A stretch of 63,864 nucleotides of DNA, the filler included, from Octopus bimaculoides (lineage: Eukaryota): the NCBI RefSeq assembly GCF_001194135.2. It is 11 parts of 11 records of this genome, joined end to end, with 100 filler letters (N's around TTAATTAATTAA, not from the genome) between each part and the next. Parts side by side here need not be neighbours in the genome. Positions count along the whole stretch, not along the records: positions 52,486 to 57,509 come from NC_068984.1; positions 57,610 to 58,860 come from NC_068982.1; positions 58,961 to 61,036 come from NW_026431774.1; positions 61,137 to 62,524 come from NC_068991.1; positions 62,625 to 63,864 come from NW_026421650.1; 6 more parts are not named here. One strand, given 5' to 3'. Made by a program: the position numbers and the translations under genes. A model generated the notes under the pieces. It was given only the letters and a program-made list of their open reading frames with translations. It ran no database searches and was not told the origin of the DNA. Of the stretch, positions 53,620 through 63,864 are shown in pieces. Numbering within the stretch: position 1 is the stretch's first letter; every line of letters begins with the position of its first letter.

Positions 53620-53935
53620 ATAGAATAAGTACCAGGCTTAAAAATAAGTAGTGGGCTTGATTTGTTTAACTAAACCCTACAAGATAGAACTTCAGCATGG
53701 CCACAGTCTAATGACTGAAAAAAGTAAAAATTAAAATAAAAGATATATATACATACAGAAAAAACTTCTACACAGTCTTCATCAACCAAATTAACTCACA
53801 AGTGTCAGCCTGAGTTTATAGTAGAAGATACCTGCCTAAGGTGCCACACAGTCAGACTGAATCTGAAACCACACAGTCAGACAGAATCTGAAACCAAACT
53901 GAGTTTCTTAACTACAACAGCCATGCCTGTACCTT
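53620..53935. mobile_element. Two CpG-decayed OR2-type SINE halves (3' half on +, 5' half on -)
   Basis: CAGCAAAAGAGACTAATAGAATAAGTACC..GCATGGCCACAGTCTAATGACTGAAA, then CCTAAGGTGCCACACAG..CAGCCATGCCTG. Confidence 0.7.
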
Positions 53936-56900
53936 ATGCTAGCAATGAAAAAAAAGTTATAGCAATCACCCTTATAATAAAAGTATTGTATGTGAAAAAA
54001 GAAGATATTACACCGGATTCTTAAAAGGTATAGATAACAATGATTATATTTGGACATCACATCGTGAAAGAAAAAATATATTACTGACTTTAGCTAAAAT
54101 GTGAGAGTGCGTCACATATTCAAAATTACTACCATTAAAAATAATAAAACTTATTTACAATACACTAGATTGGAGGTGCCCAATTTCAAAATCTCTTGTG
54201 TATCTTCTGAGTGACTCAGCCAAGCGGAGGGGAATCTTTTTAAGTCACACTCCATGTATAACAAAGCACTTGTCAGTCTTACAGTGCAACTCGCAATAAT
54301 ATTGCAAAAGTTTATGGGTTATACACACCTTTTACTCACCAAAAACATTAAAAATAAGAATACATGGCTTAGGCTACAAAGTTTTGTCTGACCCACTTCG
54401 AGAAAAATGTATTAAGGTATTATTTTGTAAAATTATTATCTTTTTTTTCCACACTCCTCAAAACCCTGGAACTCCCAAACCAGGGACCCACAACCAGAGT
54501 AGTAGCACCTGTCAGGGTTTAAGCTTTGGGCTAAATAGCATTTAAAAACCCAATTGTAATGTATCATGAAATGTATCATGGTGGGTGTGAACTATTTCAG
54601 TAAATCAATCTTATTGAATTGATAGGGAATATCATTAGATGCTGAGTAATTGAACAGATAAACTGTCAATGGCCAGGATCAATCAGTTCAGTTAGCCAAC
54701 CACTTGCTATTATCTGTAGTCATTTCAGCTAGTGAAAAACCAATGTGACTAACACCCCAGTCTGACGTTCAAGCTGCATCACTCAGTCCAGTCAGGACAT
54801 TTGGCATGACATATTGTCCTGGACACCCAGCTGGATGATGACAAAAAAGGATGATGATGATGACTGGTTTTTTTTTTATTATTATTATATAAGCCCTGAT
54901 CCAGATGCTGCTTTTGGTTTAGTGCTAAGCTATCAACAGACAAATTTATAATGTTAGTGTCCTCACTTTCTGGCATTCTATATGCTTCTTTTTTTTCGTT
55001 TCTTCTTCCATTATACCCTCAATTAGATAAAACAAAGGTACAAGGGAGCCAGTTCACATGAGATAGCCACTAGTACACTGCAGGGATTTTGATATATATG
55101 TATGGTGATTTATATGTTGAAAAATATCAAGAGGGCTATGTTTCCTGGAATGGGATAAATATGGTAAGCTTTTCAAATAGAATTTAACACACTAATTTGG
55201 TGATCCTTGAGATGAGAACATAACTTTCACCTTTTTTTCTTCAGATTAACATTATCATATTGATTAACTGACAAACTCTTAAATCATGCTTACGAGCCAA
55301 TTTTTTGCCAGAGGCTTGAGTTATTTTGCAATCTTTATTTATGCTGTTTTATATGTTTGTGTACACACACATATACATACATAGAATGACATGTGCACAC
55401 ACACACACACACAAACAAACATATATACATATGCACAAACATTGTTTTTCCTAAGTATATACCTGAGTCTATTTTTTAAAATTATTCCCTTGCAACTATA
55501 TTAGAAATTATTGTACTTGTGCTCATTTAATCTTACAATTTTCTATGTTATCAATCTTATCTTTAGAATGCATATTTACAATAATTCTATGAATAATTTG
55601 TTTCAATTCAATTTGATCTTCAGCAGATATGGTATTCTTAGATATGGTCAGGTCTTTAGTGCACAAGGACATCACTACATTTCAATTGATTCAATAAAAA
55701 CAGTTAGATATAAACATTGTAAATATTTGTATAAAATTAAGGTCAATGACCCAAGAAATTATTATCTCATTAGATATTTTAACTTTTAACCAACTATGGA
55801 TAAGGTGCTGGTGATATTTAAGCTGCAGTCAACCCTGATGAGCAAACCTTTGATAAAAGGCATTTCAACAATGACCATCTCATAATTTCTCAGATATTGT
55901 TTATTTAAGACAAAATTTGCAATGGATATTTTTTGATAAATAGGTGAGGTTTAATTTAAAGGATATTTGGCTGCTTTATCAAGTAGATCAAGAAACCACT
56001 TAGGCAATTATTATTCACAACTGACATCAAAGATTTCACTTTCCTAGAATTGGTAGATTAAAACAAGCCTCATATTTAGTTGATAATACCATATCCAATT
56101 CCATGGTAGTACAAATACATCTTTTAATCAGGTGTCAATAATGGTAAACTAACCTTTGCAAAACACTGCTTCACAATGTTATAAAGTACCAGCATACAAT
56201 CTATATACTAATATGCTAAGGCCAAATGCATTATGCTGTCATGTGGTTAACTGAGAAGAGAGGTGAAGAATGAGAGAAAAATAGGGAGAGAGAAGTGGGG
56301 AAAATAATAGTTATTACGTTAAGACTGAATGTGTGATGCTGTTATGTGGTTAGTTCAAGGGAGAGCCAAAAAGTGAGAAAAAAAGGAAGAGAGAGAGAGT
56401 GAGTGAGTGTTTCCACATGGGGTGGAAAGTAGCTACATGATTTTAAACATACTATAACAGAATACTGTGACAGGAAATAAAAATAAAAGTAGTTATTGTT
56501 ACAGGTTTTAATGATCAATCATTTCTGTCAATGTATCTATGTGGATACATAGAAGATAATAAGGCACATGGCTTTGATATATCAACACAGTTAAATCAAA
56601 GCGGAATAACCATAGTGAATAGCTGTGGGTATTACTTTAATCTTTTTATGTATAACAGCCCAAAGGCTGAGGCCATGCTGGGGTACTGACTTTTTTTTTT
56701 TTTTGAGTAACTTGATTTAAAGTTTATCTGTACTGTTAGAGTAAACAGATATATACATTGAAAGAAATGTAGAATATGATAGATCCATTGATTGATTGCC
56801 TTTCAATACTGCCTGTGAGGACTTTTACATCTTCTCAAGATTCAAATGTTTCAGAAAAATATAAATGTCATCAAACAATTTTCAAAATAGTTGTGCACTA

Positions 56901-57149
56901 CTACTAGAACTAAAATATATTAAATAAATCCCATTTTCAAGAAAAGTAAATTTCTAAATAATAATGAAATGTAAATCACAAGACCATATGACAACTTAAG
57001 TAGCTAAATAGGCAAATACTGAAATGGCATGCTAGATTATTTCCAGCAATAATTTGTAACATTTTTTAGCTGATTCACTAAACTTCAGCTTAAGAACATC
57101 TGTATAAAAGTCAATCTCAACAAATTTCATAGGACTCATGCAAGTATAA

Positions 57150-57250
57150 AAAAGTGGTAAGAAGCTTGCTTCCCAACCACATGGTTTCAAGTTCAGTCTC
57201 ATTGCGTGGCACCTTGGGCAAGTGTCTTCTACTATAACTTCAGGCCATCG
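57150..57250 (+). mobile_element. OR2-type SINE 5' part
   Basis: GTGGTAAGAAGCTTGC..GGCACCTTGGGCAAGTGTCTTCTACTATA (MIR/CORE-like motif). Confidence 0.75.
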
Positions 57251-57292
<42 letters not shown>

Positions 57293-57301
57293 TGTGTGTG
57301 T

Positions 57302-57332
<31 letters not shown>

Positions 57333-57360
57333 CGTGAGAAGCTCATTGTATATATATATA

Positions 57361-57509
57361 TCAAGCTGTTAGATCAGGTTATGAAAGTTACAGAGAGGGT
57401 CATAGCCCAACTAATTAGGAAGCGAATCAATTTAGATGAGATGCAGTTTGGGTTCGTGCCAGGTAAAAGCACTACTGATGCCTTATTTCTAGTGAGACAG
57501 TTGCAGGAG
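57361..57509 (+). mobile_element. RTE LINE RT fragment
   Basis: IKLLDQVMKVTERVIAQLIRKRINLDEMQFGFVPGKSTTDALFLVRQLQE. Confidence 0.9.
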
Positions 57510-58247
57510 NNNNNNNNNNNNNNNNNNNNNNNNNNNNNNNNNNNNNNNNNNNNTTAATTAATTAANNNNNNNNNNNNNNNNNNNNNNNNNNNNNNNNNNN
57601 NNNNNNNNNTATATATATATATATATATGCGCACATTTATATACATGTATAGTATGTATGTGATGCGCGTGAGTGTTTGTCTATAATTGTGGGAGTATGA
57701 TGAGATAAAAATTGACTTGTCCTCTTTGAAGGGTGTAAGTGAAATTCTTACACTTTATTTCCTACACATTCTATGATTATGTTAAATCTCTTTAACTTTC
57801 AAGTAATGTTTGAGCACTTACAGTGTATAATGCTACGTTAAGACGTGTTTCGTTGAAAACATGTGTAGTTGGTTGACATACAGGCACATACACACATATC
57901 ACACATAAGCGCACATATATCTATATATAAATACACAAACACACACATATATAAATATATATGTACTTATACATACACATACACACACATATACATACAT
58001 ACACACACACACACACACACGTATATATATNNNNNNNNNNATATATACATATGTACACACACATACACATATATATGGAGGCAACGTTTTGTATGTGTTT
58101 ACTTGTAGATGTTTGTGTCAACTGCTAAGACAAAATTTAGCCTAGATAAGCAGGTATTAGGTTCCATAATGTTAGCAGACGTAGCATGTGATACCTTCAA
58201 CTACGTATACATACGCTTGCATATATTCACAATCTTATCTACCTACC

Positions 58248-58282
<35 letters not shown>

Positions 58283-58474
58283 TCCTTCTTTTCGCTCACT
58301 TTGTCCTTTTTACTATCTCTCTACCTTCACCTCACAAGCTTATATTTGCATATATATCAAAATGCAGACATTGTTCGCTAGATACAGACTAAGAAATGAT
58401 GCGCAAGCATATACGTCATTGTCGCGAAGATATAAATATACATATATATCTATTTTGCATGTATACATACATAC

Positions 58475-58860
58475 ATGCCTCACGCAGCTCTTGCAGCATT
58501 ATGACTGGGTCCTGAAGCAGCTACTTGACCATTCAAATGTTGATGTGATATATCTCGACTTTGCAAAAGCCTTTGACAAAGTTGATCATGGCTTGATATG
58601 TCACAAGCTGCGAAACCTTGGCATAGCTGGTAAATTAGGAGAGTGGCTGCATGACTTCCTGAATGGTAGAAGTCAGACAGTTGCAGCCAATGGAGAACTA
58701 TCTAGGGAAACAAAAATATTGAGCGGTGTTCCACAAGGAACTGTTCTGGGGCCACTACTGTTCATAGTGGCTCTTCTGGACATGCCCACGGTCACTCGGA
58801 GAGCCACTGTCACTAGCTATGCTGATGACACAAAGATATCTCAGACAATAAAGAATCCTG
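58475..58860 (+). mobile_element. CR1/L2/Jockey-group LINE RT core, open frame, cut by a gap
   Basis: LTQLLQHYD..DVIYLDFAKAFDKVDH..SGVPQGTVLGPLLF..YADDTKI. Confidence 0.95.
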
Positions 58861-58960
58861 NNNNNNNNNNNNNNNNNNNNNNNNNNNNNNNNNNNNNNNN
58901 NNNNTTAATTAATTAANNNNNNNNNNNNNNNNNNNNNNNNNNNNNNNNNNNNNNNNNNNN

Positions 58961-59135
58961 TCTATCTGTCTATCTATCTATTTGTCTATCTATCTGTCTA
59001 TCTATCTATTTGTCTATCTGTCTGTCTATCTGTCTGTCTATCTATCTGTCTATCTATCTATTTGTCTATCTATCTGTCTATCTATCTATTTGTCTATCTG
59101 TCTGTCTATCTGTCTGTCTATCTATCTATCTATCT
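58961..59135. repeat. (TCTA/TCTG)n tetranucleotide array
   Basis: Direct reading. Confidence 0.9.
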
Positions 59136-59460
59136 AAATTCCATGCTGCATCACGGAAGATGCATTATGGTGATGTAGCACAGAGCTGCAGCATGGAATT
59201 TTGTCAGTGAACAGGTCACGGTCTCAAAGCGACGAAAATATTTTGACAAATTAAATTTAAATGTTGAAGTGAATCTAACAGTTTTTGTGTGTTTTTAAAT
59301 GGTTTATAAACACCCTTCCATGCTGCAATTGTTTTTGTTTCAGCACATGATCTCAGATCAGGTCACTTAATATGCAAGTACATCTCCATAATAGATATAT
59401 GGTGTATGTGTTTATTTGACAAGAAAAAAAAATAACCATCCCTAAAATACATACATACAT

Positions 59461-59790
59461 CATCATCTAATGTCCGTCTTTCATGTTAGCATGGGTGGGA
59501 TGGTACTACAAGAGCCAGCTAGGCTGAAGCCTGCACCAGACTTCTGTGACTGTTCTGGCAGGTTCTTTACAACTGCATGCCCTTCCTAACACCAACCACT
59601 CAGCAGAGTGAACTTAGTGCTTTTTACATGGCACAAGCACAGGTGAGGTGAGTTGTGCTTTTTCATGTGACACAACCTCAGGCGAGGTCAGTTTTGGCAA
59701 AGTTTTTACAGCTGGATGCCCTTCCGAACACCAACCACTTTACAGTGTGGACTGGGTGCTTTGAAGTGGCACCTGCAATGACAGGGTCAC
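59461..59790 (-). mobile_element. Degenerate SINE of the (GAT)n-tail family with an internal duplication
   Basis: CATCATCTAATGTCCGTCTTTCATG; GATGCCCTTCC.AACACCAACCACT occurs twice. Confidence 0.7.
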
Positions 59791-61818
59791 CAAGGGAAGA
59801 GAGAGAGAGAGAGAGAGAGAGCAAGACCCCGTCATGGCATTGGTTAATCGTAATTATTAATGCGAAGCCACGAATCCCTTACCATATTGATATTGTTAAA
59901 TTTGCTGCACAACTTGCAGTCATGTATGTATTATCAAAAATCTAGCCTTACACCATTCTCTTTCAACAGTTTAGAAGTCAGAAAGTCAGAAATTATCAAT
60001 CTCTGGTGTGTCTTAAGAAAGATGAACCTAGTTGAGTTGATTCTCATTCTACGCTGCTCAAAGCTTTGTGGTTTAACAATGAGATTTATTTTTTCCCAGC
60101 ATGACTAAATATATGTTTATTAATGATATGGATAGCATTCTCTGTGAATATTACATATTTTTATTTATAATTCAGACAGTATTAGTTACTTTTGATATCA
60201 ATGCTAAACCATCAGTCTTGTAGTGTTATGTAAATGAGATGTGACACTTGCAATCTCGTTTATCATTTTCATATACATATATATATAGTGTATCTATGTA
60301 TGTGTGTGTGTCTATATACCTATGCACATATTTATATATATATATATATATATTTATTTATATATCAATATCCATGTATATATGAATACATATATTTATG
60401 TATATATATGTGTGTGTGTGTATTTGTATATACTGGCAAATACACATATATATATTTACATATATTTATATACAAACTAATATATACATATATATATAGT
60501 GTATCTATGTATGTGTGTGTGTCTATATACCTATGCACATATTTATATATATATATATATNNNNNNNNNNNNNNNNNNNNNNNNNNNNNNNNNNNNNNNN
60601 NNNNNNNNNNNNNNNNNNNNNNNNNNNNNNNNNNNNNNNNNNNNNNNNNNNNNNNNTATACATACATACATTTGTTTTATATATATAAAATGTACTGCTC
60701 CATGATAGAAAAAAAAACTGTATAAAGGGCACAGATACAAACAAAATAGGAAGTGAACTCAAACACACACACAAACACACGTAGAGTAACTTTACAGACA
60801 GACACAACAATATCAACAACATGACTAACAACAATGGCAACAACAACAACAACAACAGCAACATCTACCATAATTGCAGCAGCATGTGTGAACACACAAA
60901 CACAGTGGGTTACAAGAACTGAACAAAAAGTCGGGTTCTAGGGCAGCAGCAGTGGCAACAGGGTAGGGGATGGGGCAGAGGGGAGGGTCATAATGCTACT
61001 AAGAACAATCGCATGCACACACACACACACACACACNNNNNNNNNNNNNNNNNNNNNNNNNNNNNNNNNNNNNNNNNNNNTTAATTAATTAANNNNNNNN
61101 NNNNNNNNNNNNNNNNNNNNNNNNNNNNNNNNNNNNGAGGACGAGGAGGGGAGGGGGAGGAGAACGAGGACGAGGACAAGGTGGACGACGAGGAGGACGA
61201 GGAGAGAAATGGGAAGAAAATAAGAAGAAAATGAGACGACCCACCTTAGCTTCTCCGAAATAAATTGCTAAATCATCACCCCAATAGCACCGCCAGCAGC
61301 AGTAAATAAAGGCAACATCAACGACATTAAATAAGTAAAACACCAAAAGTAGTGATGACAACGGTGATGAACAACAACAGCAACACCAACAAAATCAAAC
61401 CGAGCCACAGCAATGCGCTCAGATGAAAATGTCGACTAATGATGTTATAGTATGAGAGCGAGTGTAGTTAGAAGAGATGAGAAGAGAGAGTATGTGTGTG
61501 ATATGTGACGGGGAAGGTAGGATATGCATATATGCAACCACTGGGACAGTATTCAAGATATCACTGTCAAGGCAGCCTGTTGGTTTGCGCAGTTATCAAA
61601 GAATGTATTAAAAAATATCTTTTTTTGCAAACAAAAAAAAAAAACTGATGAAAAAAATATATATAGAGAGAGAGAGAGAAATTTCACGTCAGATGTTATT
61701 TTTGATTTACCCATCCCTGCTCCCACCACGACCACCAACACCATTCTCTCCGAAAGAAATTCTGTTTTTCAAACTTCAAAAAGTAAATTTTAATTAACAT
61801 AATAATAGTAATAATAAC

Positions 61819-61877
<59 letters not shown>

Positions 61878-62121
61878 CTGTGAATTTACGTGTGTAAACT
61901 GGGAATGCATACAATGAGCTTCTCTGCTCTAGGTGTACGGAAAACACTCGGTGAGAAATGGAAGAAAATTTGAAGAAAGAGGAAAAAAACAACATAATAA
62001 TAATAATAATTATTATTATTATAATGGAAAACAGTTTATAGCAGAGACTCCATCTAAGAATATCTGAAGAAGGAATTGTATTCCGAAATATCATCGGATA
62101 ACTAAATTACAACAGGTATAT

Positions 62122-62524
62122 ACTCTTTTCTTTTCCTTGTTTCAGTCATTTGACTGCGGCCATGCTGCAGCACCTCCTTTTAGTCGAACAAATCGACCCC
62201 GGGACTTATTCTTTGTAAGCCTAGTACTTATTCTATCGGTCTCTTTTGCCGAACCGCTAGGTTACGGGGACATAAACACACCAGCATCGGTTGTCAAGCA
62301 ATGCTAGGGGGTACAAACACACAAACACACACACACACATATACATATAGATACATATATACGACGGGCTTCTTTCAGTTTCCGTCTACCAAATCCACTC
62401 ACAAGGCTTTGGTCGGCCCGAGGCTATAGTAGAAGACACTTGCCCAAGGTGCCACGCAGTGGGACTGAACCCGGAACAATGTGGTTGGTAAGCAAGCTAC
62501 TTACCACACAGCCACTCCTGCGCC
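62122..62524 (-). mobile_element. Full-length young OR2-type CORE-like tRNA SINE
   Basis: Minus strand GGCGCAGGAGTGGCTGTGTGGTAAG..GGTTCAGTCCC..GGCACCTTGGGCAAGTG; internal (TA/CA)n; CpGs intact. Confidence 0.85.
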
Positions 62525-62625
62525 NNNNNNNNNNNNNNNNNNNNNNNNNNNNNNNNNNNNNNNNNNNNTTAATTAATTAANNNNNNNNNNNNNNNNNNNN
62601 NNNNNNNNNNNNNNNNNNNNNNNNA

Positions 62626-62706
62626 CACCTATGGCCATTTCGGGGGTATATCACCGTATTTAATGCACAATAGAGCACAAATTGGTGATAACCCCTTCTT
62701 CAGGGT
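62626..62706 (-). ncRNA. Minimal type-I hammerhead ribozyme motif (Penelope/retrozyme class)
   Basis: Minus strand ACC-CUGAAGA-A-GGGGUUAUCACC-loop-GGUGAUAUACCCCC-GAA-AUGGCCAU-A/GGU; all core nucleotides present, helix I ACC/GGU, ~12-bp helix II, palindromic helix III. Confidence 0.75.
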
Positions 62707-62746
62707 AAAAAAAAAGACACACAGACATCAACGAAGTCACCATTTC

Positions 62747-63660
62747 TCTTTATTATAGGCACGAAGGCCTCATTTACAAAGAAGGGGGACATTACAACGA
62801 CAGACAACACAAAACGTTGGGTACATAGATCGAATTATGAGATGAAATGAGTAAATTACAATATGATGATGGAATGGCTTACGAGTCCCCCAAAGCTCGC
62901 AGTTTCATTTCACAGTTTTCTTATACAGTTCTTATTCTTTCATTATTATGTATGGTTTCATACGAGTGTCATCGGGAAGCACTAATTCCTCAGCAATGTT
63001 GTGCAGGTCTGGTAGAGTAATGTGGGCTAGAATTTCTACCCCAAAACCCCACCATTCGATTTCTCTCGACCTCTCCACGTTAATAATATCCACCTTGTCT
63101 TTGCATTTATATATTACCGCTAACACCAACCATTCCATATCTATCTCCAACGGTACTCTACCAATCCTCACTCTCGCCGCCCTTCTACCGCAATACACTG
63201 GTAAAAGGGCCCATTCTTCCGTACTCAGAGGCATGGTAGAGTATTTCTTAGCTCCTTGCTCCGTCTTGAAATACACCTGCACCGTTCCGTATTTCTTCCC
63301 TCTCATAAAAAGAAAAAAATTCTTCTGTGATTTCCTTCAGGCACTTCTCGATCATTTCAGTGTCCGCAATTTCTATTTTCTTGGATTTAATTCTTAAAGT
63401 TTTATATGCAATAATTTCCTTTTCTGCTTCTTCCATCACTTCTTTGGGTGGGTCGACCCACAAACAGTCTCCATCCTTCTTCAAATATTTGAAATGTTTC
63501 TTCAAATTTTCCATATCTACCTTCACCTCTCTCATTCCCATGTCGCTGGTCGGCCTGCGCGCTGCTAGCTGCAGCTGCATAGCTGGTAGTCATATTAAAC
63601 CATCTCAGCAATGGCTTTCAACAACAAAACAATTCCAACAAAACGGCAACAATATAATAA
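62747..63660 (-). mobile_element. L1/Tx1-like non-autonomous unit: frameshifted ORF1 fused to a 3' UTR
   Basis: MTTSYAAAA start (63591), then ..KYLKKDGDCLWVDPP..GKKYGTVQVYFKTE..ARVRIGRVPLEID (RRM-like ORF1 character); 3' end carries AATAAA; clade assignment is inference. Confidence 0.6.
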
Positions 63661-63668
63661 CAGGTAAA

Positions 63669-63859
63669 TCTTTATTACAGGCACGAAGGCCTCAGTTACA
63701 AAGAAGGGGGACATTACAAGGACAGACAACACAAAACGTGGGGTACATAGATCGAATTATGAGATGAAATGAGTAAATTACAATATGATGATGGAATGGC
63801 TTACGAGTCCCCCAAAGCTCGCAGTTTCATTTAACAGTTTTCTTATACAGTTCTTATTC
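63669..63859 (-). repeat. Second copy of the 191-bp 3'-UTR-like sequence (direct repeat of 62747-62937)
   Basis: 5 mismatches in 191 bp by eye; offset 922 bp. Confidence 0.95.
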
Positions 63860-63864
63860 ATTTT

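Larger units (their letters stand above)
2800..61875. repeat. Numerous simple microsatellites: (TA)n/(TG)n 2800-2984, 4505-4648, 6550-6667; (CT)n 20885-21150; (AAT)n 24050-24180 and 61800-61875; (CTA)/(CAA) 24868-24930; (GA)n 33202-33300; (GTA)n 40760-40848; (TA)/(GA) 43826-43980 and 52486-52568
   Basis: Direct reading; most N gaps start or end in such tracts. Confidence 0.95.
14831..62580. other. Ten artificial scaffold linkers TTAATTAATTAA (14831, 20735, 24380, 26735, 47452, 52430, 57554, 58905, 61081, 62569)
   Basis: Identical 12-mer each set within N runs (44 N on each side where counted); stops in all six frames. Confidence 0.97.

Noticed and set aside
1935-60895. Many long ORFs (up to 411 aa) in the ORF track
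   Set aside because: They consist of N runs or (TA)/(TG)/(CA)/(GA) microsatellites (YIYI, CVCV, HTHT, ERER).
14831-62580. Recurrent palindrome TTAATTAATTAA, ten copies, superficially like a regularly placed repeat or CRISPR-like element
   Set aside because: Always set within N runs of fixed layout; an all-frame-stop scaffolding linker, not biological.

Overview
This is AT-rich, gap-ridden eukaryotic DNA, almost certainly from an octopus/cephalopod draft assembly. That assignment is inferred from the tRNA-derived SINE families and microsatellite load, not from a database search. I can support no intact host protein-coding gene. Most long ORFs in the track are microsatellite or N-run artefacts. 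Ten identical TTAATTAATTAA linkers embedded in N runs mark artificial contig joins, so adjacency across them is uncertain. The recognisable content is mobile-element debris: at least four SINE families, RTE, CR1/L2-like, R4/Dong and L1/Tx1-like LINE pieces, Penelope-like GIY-YIG remnants, mariner and maT transposase remnants, and a hAT MITE with TIRs and an 8-bp TSD. The best leads are: (1) an apparently intact minimal type-I hammerhead ribozyme at 62626-62706 (- strand), with a self-complementary helix III, just downstream of an ORF1-only L1/Tx1-like unit bracketed by 191-bp direct repeats; several degenerate hammerheads occur elsewhere, two inside long fold-back inverted repeats; (2) a tRNA-Lys(CTT)-SINE chimeric retrocopy enclosed by one 15-bp TSD; (3) a TATA/Inr-spaced core promoter with a hairpin minisatellite and a strong splice donor; (4) CpG-decay domains, read from SINE copies, suggesting methylated gene bodies at about 1-14.8 kb and 53-57.5 kb.
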